Below, in pieces: positions 1-10,358 of a stretch of DNA of 64,000 bases. Position numbers and translations under genes: made by a program. Origin of the DNA: an uncultured Candidatus Rokubacteria bacterium. GTDB taxonomy: Bacteria > Methylomirabilota > Methylomirabilia > Rokubacteriales > CSP1-6. The stretch lies in NCBI GenBank assembly GCA_963754315.1, contig CAVWFS010000008.1, positions 160,001-224,000 on the forward strand. The letters are read 5' to 3'. Under the pieces are notes generated by a model. That model was given only the letters and a program-made list of their open reading frames with translations. It did no database searches and had not been told where the DNA came from. Each line of letters starts with the position of its first letter. Position 1 is the stretch's first letter.

Positions 1-164
1 CGCTTCGCCGTTACCCCCCGAGCTCGTGCGCAGTGGCTGGCCTGCTTCGAGCGCGTCCTCGTGCACGCACCCGAGCGCTATGGATTTCCGGCCGAGCACT
101 TGCCCGGCTTCCGGGCTTTCCTGGAAGACTTCTCGCAGTGGATGACAAATACCGATGCCGAGTG

Positions 165-171
<7 letters not shown>
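1..171 (+). CDS. 3' end of a probable group II truncated hemoglobin (partial, starts before window)
   Basis: Frame +1 is open from base 1 to TAG at 169-171: RFAVTPRARAQWLACFERVL...FLEDFSQWMTNT, resembling the trHbO C-terminus (F-x-I-T...WLxC...M-x-N). Absent from the ORF track because the start is outside the window. Confidence 0.6.
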
Positions 172-1126
<955 letters not shown>

Positions 1127-1127
<1 letters not shown>

Positions 1128-2131
1128 CACGCAGCTGTATGAAGCCAGCAGCGTGTGCGGTGGCCCTCGCCGACCGTGGTCTCGGGGGGCGCCTCCGCGC
1201 GGCACTGAGCCATCGCGTGTGAACACCGGGGCGCAAAGGCGCAGCCCACCGGCAGGTTGGCGAGGTCAGGCGGTTGGCCCTCGATGACGGTGAGACGGCC
1301 GGCGCGGGTGCCAAGGCGCGGGACGGACTCGAGCAGCGCCCGCGTGTAGGGATGGGCCGGCGCTCTGAAGATTCGTGCCACGGGTCCGAGCTCTACGATG
1401 CGCCCCGCGTACATCACGGCAACGGTCTCGCACATGCGGGCCACAATGCCAAGGTTGTGGGTGACGAAGATCATGGCCAGGTGATGGCGCTCCTGCAGCT
1501 CCTTCAACAAATTCAGGTACTGGGCCTGGATGGTGAGGTCGAGGCTCGTGGTGGGCTCGTCGGCGATGAGCAGGCGCGGCGGTCCTGCGATGGCCATGGC
1601 TCCCACCACGCGCTGACGCATGCCTCCCGAAAGCTGATGAGGAAACGCGCGCAGGCGTTCGGCCGGCGACGGGATGCGCACGGATGCCAGCAGCGCCGCC
1701 GCGCGCTCCGTCAGCGCGCGCCCACGCAGCCCGTGGTAGGAGGCCACCGGCTCACGCATCTGCATGCCAATGGAGAACACAGGATTGAGGGAGCTCATGG
1801 GGTCCTGCAGGATCATGGCGACTTGACGACCCCGGATGTGCTGCATCTCCCGCTCGCGCTTGGCCAGGAGATCCTGGCCGTCGAGGAGTACCTGCCCATG
1901 CACGATGCGCGCGGCCGGTCGCGGCACCAGCCGCACGATACTGAGGCAGGTCATGCTCTTGCCGGAACCGGATTCGCCAACGAGGCCGAGGGTCTCTCCC
2001 TCGCCCACGGCAAAGGACACGCCGTCGACGGCCTTCACCGTGCCCCAGCGGGTGACGATGTGCGTGCGAAGGTCACGGATGTCCAGCACCGTCCGCCGCC
2101 CGTCACCTTCTGGACGCGACGCTTCTGTCAC
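1127..2131 (-). CDS. Peptide/nickel ABC transporter ATP-binding subunit (OppD/DppD-like)
   Basis: GESGSGKS, LSGGMRQR, LIADEPTT, GCAFAPRC tail. Confidence 0.93.
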
Positions 2132-2137
2132 TCGATC

Positions 2138-3034
2138 TCAGAGCTGGCGGAGCCTGGGGTCCAGGGTGTCGCGCAACCAGTCCCCGATCAGGTTGAAGGC
2201 CAGGACGACCAGGAGGATGGCCAGTCCTGGAAAGAGGGACACCCACCAGGCGCTGGTGACGACGTCCCGGCCCTCGGCGATCATCGAGCCCCAGGCCGGT
2301 GTCGGCGGCGGAATCCCGGCGCCCAGAAAGGACAGAGAGGCTTCCACGATGATCACATAGCCGATCTGGAGGGTGACCAGCACCACCAGGGTGTTGAGCG
2401 TATTCGGTACCAGGTGCCGTGTGATGATGCGCCAGCCACCAGCCCCCGCCAAACGGGCCTGCGCGATGAAGTCGAGTTCCATGAGCGTCAGCACTTGACC
2501 GCGAATGACGCGCGCGTAGCGTGCCCACAGGATCACGGCAATGGCGATGACGACGTTCAGGAAGCTCGGACCAACGGTCACCGCCAGGATGAGGGCCAGC
2601 AAGATCACGGGGAACGACAGAGTGGCGTCGGTGACCCGCATGAGCGCGGCGTCGACCCGGCTGCCGTAATAGCCGGCCACCAGCCCCACCACCGCCCCGA
2701 AGGCGCTGGCCAGCAGCACCGTGACCACGCCGGCTGCCAAGGAGACGCGTGAACCCCAGATGATGCGAGCGAGCATGTCTCGTCCGAGGCGGTCGGTACC
2801 GAGCGGATTCACCCAGGAGCCGCCGTCTTGCCATACGGGTGGGCGGAAGCGTGCGCGCAGGGATTGCGCGTACGGGTCGGCGGTGCCGAGCAGGGGGGCG
2901 AGCAGCGCGACGAGAACGAAGACGGTGATGATCGCGATGGAGATGACCGGCCAGCGGCGACCCTGAATCGGCGCCACCGGGTGGGCGGCCACCTCGGGCA
3001 GCGCGAGCGCGCCCCCCGCGGGTTCAGCGGCCAC
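2138..3034 (-). CDS. Peptide/nickel ABC transporter permease (OppC/DppC-like)
   Basis: LGTDRLGRD, EASLSFLG and GDWLRDTLDPR motifs; multiple TM segments. Confidence 0.93.
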   Translation of the reverse strand: MAAEPAGGALALPEVAAHPVAPIQGRRWPVISIAIITVFVLVALLAPLLGTADPYAQSLRARFRPPVWQDGGSWVNPLGTDRLGRDMLARIIWGSRVSLAAGVVTVLLASAFGAVVGLVAGYYGSRVDAALMRVTDATLSFPVILLALILAVTVGPSFLNVVIAIAVILWARYARVIRGQVLTLMELDFIAQARLAGAGGWRIITRHLVPNTLNTLVVLVTLQIGYVIIVEASLSFLGAGIPPPTPAWGSMIAEGRDVVTSAWWVSLFPGLAILLVVLAFNLIGDWLRDTLDPRLRQL

Positions 3035-3061
3035 GATGCTCGGTCCGTAAACGGGTGGCGC

Positions 3062-3991
3062 TCACCGCGCATACCGGATGCGCGGATCGATCACCGCGTA
3101 AAGACAGTCCACGCTCAGGTTCACGGCGGCCACGATGGCGGCCGTGGTGAGCACCACCGCCTGGATCACAGGGAAATCGCGCGACGTGATGCCCTCGTAG
3201 GCCAGTCGGCCGAGCCCCGGCCAGGCGAACACCGTCTCCACGACGATGGCCGTGGTCACCAGGATCGCAAAGTAAATCCCCGCGAAGGTCACCACGGGAA
3301 TGAGCGCGTTCTTCAGAGCATGCACCCACACCACCCGGTGCTCCACGACGCCTTTGACGCGGGCAAGCTTCACATACTCGGAGTCGAGCACCTCGAGCAT
3401 GCCGGAGCGGAGTAGTCGCATCATGCCCGCCACCACGAACCACCCGAGGGTGAACCCGGGCAGAATGTAGCTCGAGAAGCCGCCCATGCCTGCCGCCGGG
3501 AGCCACTGCAGGCGGCCGGCCACGAACTCGACGAGCACGATGGCGACCCAGAAGGTTGGCAGGGACTGGCCCAGCACGGCGACCACCTGGGCGAGCCGGT
3601 CCACCCCGCTACCTTTCTTGACGGCGGCCAGGACGCCGAGCGGGAAGGCCATGGCCAACGATACCGTCATGGCAAAGACGGCGAGCCGCAGCGAGTTCGG
3701 TAGGCGCTCCCGGATCAGCTCGCTCACCGGCCGCCGGGCGCGGATCGAGGTGCCGAAGTCTCCGATAACGGCGCGGCCAACGAAGGTGAAGTACTGCTCG
3801 ATGTAGGGACGGTCGAGGCCGAGGTAGGCCCGGGCGTTGGCATAGTCCTCCTCGGTGGCGGACATGGGCAGGATCATGTGGAGCGGGTCGCCGGTGGCCC
3901 GGGCCAACACGAAGACCACAACTGAGAGGATGGCCAGCGCCACCAACGACTGGAGCAGTCGCACACCGACGAATCGGAATATCATCATCAT
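3062..3991 (-). CDS. Peptide/nickel ABC transporter permease (OppB/DppB-like)
   Basis: GDFGTS, HALKNALIP, ETVFAWPGLG, DFPVIQ, IDPRIR motifs. Start set at the ATG cluster 3991/3988/3985; the longer ORF runs into a structured intergenic element. Confidence 0.92.
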   Translation of the reverse strand: MMMIFRFVGVRLLQSLVALAILSVVVFVLARATGDPLHMILPMSATEEDYANARAYLGLDRPYIEQYFTFVGRAVIGDFGTSIRARRPVSELIRERLPNSLRLAVFAMTVSLAMAFPLGVLAAVKKGSGVDRLAQVVAVLGQSLPTFWVAIVLVEFVAGRLQWLPAAGMGGFSSYILPGFTLGWFVVAGMMRLLRSGMLEVLDSEYVKLARVKGVVEHRVVWVHALKNALIPVVTFAGIYFAILVTTAIVVETVFAWPGLGRLAYEGITSRDFPVIQAVVLTTAAIVAAVNLSVDCLYAVIDPRIRYAR

Positions 3992-3992
3992 A

Positions 3993-4124
3993 GTCGGGGG
4001 GAGCGAGCGCCGGCTCCCCCCGACACCCCCCACCGCGATTTGCCCGGGGTATTGTGTGGATTGCGGCGGCAAAGCCGCCGCTCGAGCAATTCCAGCTACT
4101 GCAGTTCTGGCCACACAATTCCGG
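3993..4124. repeat. Structured intergenic palindromic element (REP/MITE-like or mRNA-stabilising hairpins)
   Basis: Perfect 12-bp stem GTCGGGGGGAGC/GCTCCCCCCGAC (3993-4024). 8-bp stem GCGGCGGC-AAA-GCCGCCGC (4063-4081), enclosed by ATTGTGTGG (4051-4059)/CCACACAAT (4111-4119). Confidence 0.6.
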
Positions 4125-4157
4125 CCGCTGCAGTTTCGGTCACTACAGTGGCAACCA

Positions 4158-5744
4158 CTACTTTCCGGACGCCAGCTCGTCGAGGAAGAGGTCGTACATC
4201 ACCGAGCCGGGGTTCCACTTGCCGAGGGTTTTCGACGTCGCATAGGGCGAGTGCAGGTACACGACGGGGACGCCGTAGTGCTCGTTGCGTAGCCGCGAAT
4301 AGACGTTGCGCATGAGCGTGTTGATCTTCTCGCGGTCAGTTTGCCGCATCACCTGCGCGATCATGCCGTCGATCTCGGGATCGTTGGCGGTGTCGTTCGG
4401 CTTCGAGGGTGAGTAGGCCATCTTCTCCAGCAGCGCGTAGGTGCCGATCCAGTTCCGGTTGGCGATGTTGTAGTAGCCCACCGCTGTCGGGACCTTGCGG
4501 TCCACCCACAGCTTGCGAAAGGCCGGGTAGTCCACTGGAATGAGCTTCGGCTTGATCCCGATTTTCTCCCAGTAACCGGCCACGGCCTCCGCGAAGGCTT
4601 TGCCCTCAGGCAGACCGGGGAGCTGATAGGCGTAGATGTCGAGCGGGAAACCATTCGGATGCCCGGCGTCGGCCAGGAGCTTCTTGGCACGCGCGGGATC
4701 GTAGGGATATGCCATCTCCGGCGTGACCTTGAAACCAATGTCGCGAAACGACCACGACAACCCCATGGGAATCGCCGCCGGCTCGGCGCGACCAGCGAAG
4801 ATCCCCTGGGCTACTTCAGCGCGATCGATGGCGAGATTCATGGCCTCCCGCACCCGCTTGTCCTTCACCGGAGGCGGCCAGCCGTCCGGCGCGAGCACCC
4901 ACCACATCGACAGGATCGCCTCCTCACGGCGGAAGTGGATGGGGAAGGCTTCCTGCTCCAGCTCCTTGACCCGCTCGCGACTCACGTCAGACACATCGGC
5001 CTCGCCGCGTCGCAGCAGGGCGATACGAGTGGTCTCCTCGGGCACGAGCTTGAACGTCATCAGCTTGTACTTCGGGGTGCCGATGCGCCAGTGATTGTCC
5101 ACGGCGGCGAGCTTGATGTGCGAGCCGGTCACCTGCTCCACGAACCGGTACGGCCCACTCCCCACGGGCTTGCGGGCGAACGCGTCGTCGCCGTTGGCTT
5201 CGATGTACTTCTTGGGCAGGACCATCCCTTCCGTGGAGAGCGCGCGCGACAGATAGGTGGGGATGATGAGGGTCGGCTCCTTGGTGACGATCACCACCCG
5301 GTCGGGAGCCGGCGTCTCGATGTCCTGGATCAGCGTGCGCAGCGGCCCCGCGTAGCCGGTGGTGGAGCGCTTGCCGGTCGCGCGCTGCAGACTGAACTTC
5401 ACGTCCTCCGAGGTCACGTCGTCACCGTTATGAAACTTGACACCCTTGCGGAGGTGGAACGTCCAGCGCTTGTAGTCGGGGGAGTTCTCCCAGCGCACGG
5501 CGAGTCCGCCGGCCGGCGACGGCTGGCCGTCGGGTGTAGTACCCACGAGGTAGTCGAAGATCAGCGACAGGTAGTACTTGACGATATGGCCGCCTAAGGC
5601 GGGGTCCAGCGTCTCGGTGGAGAAGCTCGATAGAGCCACCGTCAGCTCCGGCTTCGCCTGGGCCCAGCCCGAGCCGGCTGGCAGCAACACGGCCACGGCC
5701 AGCATCAGCGTAGTCACGGCAACGATCGGGAACGCTCTTCTCAT
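4158..5744 (-). CDS. ABC transporter substrate-binding protein, family 5 (peptide/nickel)
   Basis: Signal peptide; LRKGVKFHNG, PVGSGPY, VREAMNLAIDR, YDPARAKKLLADAG motifs. Confidence 0.93.
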   Translation of the reverse strand: MRRAFPIVAVTTLMLAVAVLLPAGSGWAQAKPELTVALSSFSTETLDPALGGHIVKYYLSLIFDYLVGTTPDGQPSPAGGLAVRWENSPDYKRWTFHLRKGVKFHNGDDVTSEDVKFSLQRATGKRSTTGYAGPLRTLIQDIETPAPDRVVIVTKEPTLIIPTYLSRALSTEGMVLPKKYIEANGDDAFARKPVGSGPYRFVEQVTGSHIKLAAVDNHWRIGTPKYKLMTFKLVPEETTRIALLRRGEADVSDVSRERVKELEQEAFPIHFRREEAILSMWWVLAPDGWPPPVKDKRVREAMNLAIDRAEVAQGIFAGRAEPAAIPMGLSWSFRDIGFKVTPEMAYPYDPARAKKLLADAGHPNGFPLDIYAYQLPGLPEGKAFAEAVAGYWEKIGIKPKLIPVDYPAFRKLWVDRKVPTAVGYYNIANRNWIGTYALLEKMAYSPSKPNDTANDPEIDGMIAQVMRQTDREKINTLMRNVYSRLRNEHYGVPVVYLHSPYATSKTLGKWNPGSVMYDLFLDELASGK

Positions 5745-6010
5745 GATCGACTCCTCCGCCTCGAGGCGTGGAAATAGGAGGGACCGCCGGCTGTCAGGCG
5801 CTCCCCGTGGCCAGACGGTAACGCGAAACGTCGCCGCCGGGCAAGCGACCCCGCCCGGCCCGACCTAGGGTGCGATCAGGACTCGCTGTTGACGAGGGGC
5901 GGAGGCTCCAGATCGAGGCCCTGGAGGTCCGCTCTTTTCATCGCGGCGGCGCCGGTATACGATCCGCCCAGAAGGGCAGGGAATGGCCTGAGGGCCGAGG
6001 GGGGACGACC

Positions 6011-6958
6011 ATGGCATTGATCAAGGTGAGAGACCTCGCCTATGGGCGGTTGCGGGCGCCAGACCTGGACGCAATGGAGGAGTTCCTCGTTCACTTCGGC
6101 ATGGTGAGGGCGGCGCGGACGCCCCGTGCCCTCTACATGCGGGGGACGGATCCGTTTCACCACATTCACGTGACCGAAAAGGGTGATCCCGGCTTCGTGG
6201 GGTTCGCCTACCGCGCGGCCAGCGAGGACGATCTGAAGCGAGTGGCCACCGCCCCGGGGGCGTCGGCCGTGGAGGAGATCGACGAGCCGGGGGGTGGTCG
6301 CCGCGTGCGTCTGAAGGAGCCGAACGGATACCAGATCGAGGTTGTGCATGGGATCGAGGCGCTGCCGCTCATCTCGGTCGTACGTGACCCGATGAACACG
6401 GGCACCGAGCCACTCCGCCGAGCGGGGACGCTCATGCGCCTGGCCAAGGCCCCCGCGCCCATCAAGCGGATCGGGCACGGCGTGCTGGGGACACCGAAGG
6501 TCCAGGAGACGGTCCAGTGGTTCCGCGATACGCTGGGATTCATCTGCTCCGACGACGTGTACGTGGGAGACCGGCAGAATATCATCGGCTCGTTCAACCG
6601 CTGCGACTGCGGCGACGAGTACGTCGACCACCACACCCTCTTCTGCGTCATGAACGAACGAGCGGGTCTCAACCACATGTCATTCGAGGTGCCCGACGTC
6701 GACGCCGTCTTCATGGATCACGAGTATCTGACCCGACTCGGCAAGTACGAGCACATGTGGGGGATCGGCCGGCATCTGCTGGGCAGCCAGGTGTACGACT
6801 ACTGGTGCGATCCTTGGGGACGCGTCCATGAGCAGTGGGCGGACACCGACCGCCTGAACGCCAAGAGCGGCTCGAACCTGCTCTCCGCCGATGAGGCGCT
6901 CGTCAGCCAGTGGGGCGAAGGCCCCCCCGAGCGCTTCATCCGTCACGTCAGCCCGTAG
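6011..6958 (+). CDS. VOC/glyoxalase-family protein, extradiol dioxygenase-like
   Basis: Two VOC domains; IGHGVL, HHTLF, LNHMSFE, GRHLLGSQVYDYWCDPWG...HE. ATG 6011 follows GAGGGGG. Confidence 0.85.
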   Translation: MALIKVRDLAYGRLRAPDLDAMEEFLVHFGMVRAARTPRALYMRGTDPFHHIHVTEKGDPGFVGFAYRAASEDDLKRVATAPGASAVEEIDEPGGGRRVRLKEPNGYQIEVVHGIEALPLISVVRDPMNTGTEPLRRAGTLMRLAKAPAPIKRIGHGVLGTPKVQETVQWFRDTLGFICSDDVYVGDRQNIIGSFNRCDCGDEYVDHHTLFCVMNERAGLNHMSFEVPDVDAVFMDHEYLTRLGKYEHMWGIGRHLLGSQVYDYWCDPWGRVHEQWADTDRLNAKSGSNLLSADEALVSQWGEGPPERFIRHVSP

Positions 6959-6971
6959 CGACGAGGAGTGT

Positions 6972-6992
6972 GGGGGGCCGTCGAGGCCCCCC
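6972..6992. repeat. GC-rich REP-like hairpin between convergent genes (possible bidirectional terminator)
   Basis: GGGGGGCC-GTCGA-GGCCCCCC; same stem as the hairpins at 27760-28132 and 52593-52622. Confidence 0.6.
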
Positions 6993-7001
6993 GCTGGCCA
7001 A

Positions 7002-7322
7002 CTACTGAATCACCGAGTGGGGGGTCGCTACCAGGCGGGTCACCTTGATCTGCTCGCGGTCGATCAGGGTGGGCACGCGCGGGGCGATCTCGTTCTTCCA
7101 GTAGTCGCTCTGATACACAAGGTCGTACAGCCGCTTGCGCTCCGGCTCACTCTCGAAGCGGCGGATCCACACGTAGGTGCTGTCGTCCTCCTCGCCCACG
7201 AAGCTGCCGAGGATCACCATCCCCATCTTGACCTGGAAGGGAATGATTTCCTCCTCCATACACTTGACCCAGTTGTCGCGCTGCCCGGGGCGGATGTGGT
7301 ACTGACGCAGCTCGAAGAACAT
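7002..7322 (-). CDS. NIPSNAP family protein
   Basis: MFFELRQYHIRPG...YVWIRRFESE...RLVATPHS, 106 aa; GGAGG RBS upstream. Confidence 0.85.
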   Translation of the reverse strand: MFFELRQYHIRPGQRDNWVKCMEEEIIPFQVKMGMVILGSFVGEEDDSTYVWIRRFESEPERKRLYDLVYQSDYWKNEIAPRVPTLIDREQIKVTRLVATPHSVIQ

Positions 7323-7401
7323 GGCTTCCTCCGTGGCGCGAGCGCCTGGCGAGCCGCTCGGCTCCGGTAGCATAGCGCATTCGGTCAGGGCAGAATGAGC
7401 C

Positions 7402-8832
7402 ATGACTGAAGAGCGCGAGCCACCCGAGTCCGAGGACTTTGCCGCCCTGTTTGCACACGAGCAAGCTCGACCCGCCCTGGAGCTCGGCCAGATCGTCAAG
7501 GGACGCGTGATCCACGTCGGAGCGGAGAGCGTCTTCGTCGACGTGGGGGGCAAGGGCGAGGCCTGGATCGACCCCGCCGAGCTGACCGACGACCAAGGCC
7601 GTCTGCGCGTGGGGGTGGGCGACGAGATCGAGGCGACGGTCGTCTCGACGGGGGACGAAGTACGCCTCTCCCACAAGCTCCGTCTCGGTGCACAGGCGCG
7701 TCAGGCACTGGCGGCCGCGGCCGAGACGGGCATCCCCGTCGAGGGCAAGGTGGCGGGGGTGATCAAGGGCGGCTACGAGGTGACGGTGGGCGGCCTCAGA
7801 GCGTTCTGTCCCTTCTCGCAGATGGACCTTCGTCGCACGGAGACCGGCGAAGAGTATGTCGGACGCGTCTTCGAGTTTCGCGTGACGGCGTATGGTGAGA
7901 AGGGGCGTAACATCGTCCTTTCCCGTCGCCAGATCCTCGAAGAGCAGGCGGCCAAATCGGCCGAGGAGACTCGCCGCAAGGTCGTCCCCGGAGCGATTCT
8001 CTCGGGCATCGTGGCTTCTCTCACGGACTTCGGCGCCTTCATCGATCTGGGCGGTCTGCAGGCTCTCGTTCCGATCTCGGAAGTCTCCCACTCCCGCGTG
8101 GGCCGTATCTCCGATCGACTCCGGGTGGGCGAGGCGGTGACCGTCCAGGTGTTGCGGGTCGACGAGCAGACTCGAAGGATCACGCTCAGCCTGAAGGCCC
8201 TCGCCGGGGATCCGTGGGCAGAGGTGCCCTCACGGCTGCGCGAACGCCAGGTCGTTCGCGGTCGCATCGCTCGCGCCACCGCGTTCGGAGTGTTCGTGGA
8301 ACTTTTGCCAGGCGTGGACGGGCTGCTGCACCAGAGCGAAATCCCTCGCCATCGCGGCGGTGCCCTGCGAGAGGGAGCGACGAGCGGCGGCGAGGTCAGC
8401 GTGCTGATCGTGAGCATCGACAGCGACAAGCGTCGCATCGCGCTGGCCCTGGCTCCGGAGGACGCCGCTCCGGGTCAGCAGGTAGAGTCCACCCTATCTG
8501 TCGGAGACGTGCTCTCGGGCCCCGTCGAGCGGGTCGAGGGCTTTGGGGTGTTTGTCCGATTGGGCCCCGGACAGACCGGGCTGATCCCGAACGCCGAGAT
8601 GGGCACCACCCCTGGCACCGATCATCGCCGGTCCTTTCCCGTGGGAAGCGAGGTGAAGGTGCTCGTGCTCGACATCGCCGAGGGCGGTCGCCGCATACGC
8701 CTCTCGCGCACGAAGGCTCTGGCTCAGGAGGAGCGGGCCGAGACCCACGCGTATCTCCAGGACGCTACCAAGAAGGGCCAGGGGTTCGGCCTCACGCTTG
8801 GCGAACGGCTCAAGCAAGCCCGAAAGAGCTGA
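7402..8832 (+). CDS. 30S ribosomal protein S1-like multi-S1-domain RNA-binding protein (possible RpsA paralog)
   Basis: N-terminal DFAALF helix; repeated S1 motifs (VFVDVGGKGE, RAFCPFSQ, FGAFIDLG, FGVFVEL, FGVFVRL); TLGERLK tail. Confidence 0.85.
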   Translation: MTEEREPPESEDFAALFAHEQARPALELGQIVKGRVIHVGAESVFVDVGGKGEAWIDPAELTDDQGRLRVGVGDEIEATVVSTGDEVRLSHKLRLGAQARQALAAAAETGIPVEGKVAGVIKGGYEVTVGGLRAFCPFSQMDLRRTETGEEYVGRVFEFRVTAYGEKGRNIVLSRRQILEEQAAKSAEETRRKVVPGAILSGIVASLTDFGAFIDLGGLQALVPISEVSHSRVGRISDRLRVGEAVTVQVLRVDEQTRRITLSLKALAGDPWAEVPSRLRERQVVRGRIARATAFGVFVELLPGVDGLLHQSEIPRHRGGALREGATSGGEVSVLIVSIDSDKRRIALALAPEDAAPGQQVESTLSVGDVLSGPVERVEGFGVFVRLGPGQTGLIPNAEMGTTPGTDHRRSFPVGSEVKVLVLDIAEGGRRIRLSRTKALAQEERAETHAYLQDATKKGQGFGLTLGERLKQARKS

Positions 8833-8841
8833 GCCCACGAA

Positions 8842-9609
8842 TCATCCCCCGAGGTGCCGGTCACTCCGGAGCGCATGTGGTGCGCCCTCACGCTGGCCGC
8901 CCATGTCACCGAGATACGCGGTCTGCACCAGACTCGAGCGCAACACGTCCGCCGCGTTTCCGCTGGCGACCAGGCGACCGCGCTCGAGAACGTGCGCATC
9001 ATCGGCCACGGTCAGAGCCCGGGCCACGTTCTGCTCGATCAAGAGGACGGTGGTTCCTTCCTCCCGCACGCGGTGCACGATGGTGAAGACCTCATCGATC
9101 AGTCGAGGAGCCAATCCCAGTGAGGGCTCGTCGAGCGTGAGCAGGGAGGGCCGCCCGACGAGCGCTCGGGCGATGGCCGTCATCTGCTGCTCCCCGCCGC
9201 TCAAGGTGCGCGTGAGCTGATGACGTCGCTCGGCCAGCCTGGGAAAGAGGGCGAGTACCCGCTCAACGCGCCCGGCGCGCTCGCGTCGCGTGAGCAGCCA
9301 GCCGCCGAGCTGGAGGTTCTCTATCACGGTCATCTGCGGGAAGAGGTGGCGCCCCTCGGCGACCATGATCAGTCCGGCGCGGACGGCCTGCGCGGCGTCG
9401 CCCGGACGGAGCCGCTGGCCGTCGAGCGTGATCGTGCCTGCTCGCGGCAGCAAACCGGCCAGCGCCTTGAGCAAGGTACTCTTGCCGGCCCCGTTCGAGC
9501 CGACGATGGCCGTGATTCGGCCGGGCCGAAGATCGAGATCGAACTCCTCGAGAACCAGGAAGCCCCCGTAGCCGACCGCGAGATTTCGGATCATCAGGGC
9601 TCCGCTCAT
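8842..9609 (-). CDS. Branched-chain amino acid ABC ATP-binding protein (LivF-like)
   Basis: GSNGAGKST, LSGGEQQM, LDEPSLGLAP; ATG 9609 in ATGA overlap with the upstream stop. Confidence 0.9.
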   Translation of the reverse strand: MSGALMIRNLAVGYGGFLVLEEFDLDLRPGRITAIVGSNGAGKSTLLKALAGLLPRAGTITLDGQRLRPGDAAQAVRAGLIMVAEGRHLFPQMTVIENLQLGGWLLTRRERAGRVERVLALFPRLAERRHQLTRTLSGGEQQMTAIARALVGRPSLLTLDEPSLGLAPRLIDEVFTIVHRVREEGTTVLLIEQNVARALTVADDAHVLERGRLVASGNAADVLRSSLVQTAYLGDMGGQREGAPHALRSDRHLGG

Positions 9610-10358
9610 GGGTCGCTGATGCCCGGGCCGACGGCCGTCCCCAGGTAGGCCTCGATCACGGCGGGGTTGCTGGTGATCGTCCGCGGTTCTCCCTCGGCGA
9701 GCTTGCGCCCCTGATGGAGGACGATGACCTGATCGACCACCCGCAGTAAAACCGCGACCGCGTGCTCGATCCACACCACCGCCAGGCCGAGCTCGTCCCG
9801 GCACCGCCGAATCAGGCGGGCCATGCTTTCGATCTCGAGCTCGGTCAAGCCGGCCGCGACCTCGTCGAGCAGCAGGACACGCGGCCGCGCCGCCAGCGCC
9901 ATGCCGATCTCGAGTAGGCGCTGACGGGCTGGTGTGATCGAGCGGGTCGGCCACTCGGCGGCGTCCGTCAGGCCGAGAAATCCGAGGATGGCCGGGACAT
10001 TCCCGAGCGTGGCGCGCTCGTGCCGGCGGCGTCGGCCGGCAAACTCGAGGCCGAAGCGTACGCACTCAGCGACGCTCATCCCCGCGAACACCCTCGGTGT
10101 CTGGAACGTGCGCGCGATTCCGGCCCAGGCGAACACGTGGGCTGGCTTCCCGGTGAGGTCGGCGCCGGCGACGAGCAATCGGCCCGCGGTGGGCGGCACG
10201 ACGCCGGACAGGGCATTGAAGAAGGTGGTCTTGCCGGCACCGTTGGGCCCGATGATCCCGACCAGGGCTTCCTCGGAAAGGTCGAGGTCAACCTGGTCGA
10301 CTGCGGTCAGGCCTCCGAAGCGGACGACGATGCCGCGCGCGTCGAGGATGGTCGTCAC
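9606..10358 (-). CDS. Branched-chain amino acid ABC ATP-binding protein (LivG-like)
   Basis: FGGLTAV, GPNGAGKTT, ARTFQ, LLLDE, VIEAYLG. Confidence 0.9.
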   Translation of the reverse strand: MTTILDARGIVVRFGGLTAVDQVDLDLSEEALVGIIGPNGAGKTTFFNALSGVVPPTAGRLLVAGADLTGKPAHVFAWAGIARTFQTPRVFAGMSVAECVRFGLEFAGRRRRHERATLGNVPAILGFLGLTDAAEWPTRSITPARQRLLEIGMALAARPRVLLLDEVAAGLTELEIESMARLIRRCRDELGLAVVWIEHAVAVLLRVVDQVIVLHQGRKLAEGEPRTITSNPAVIEAYLGTAVGPGISDP

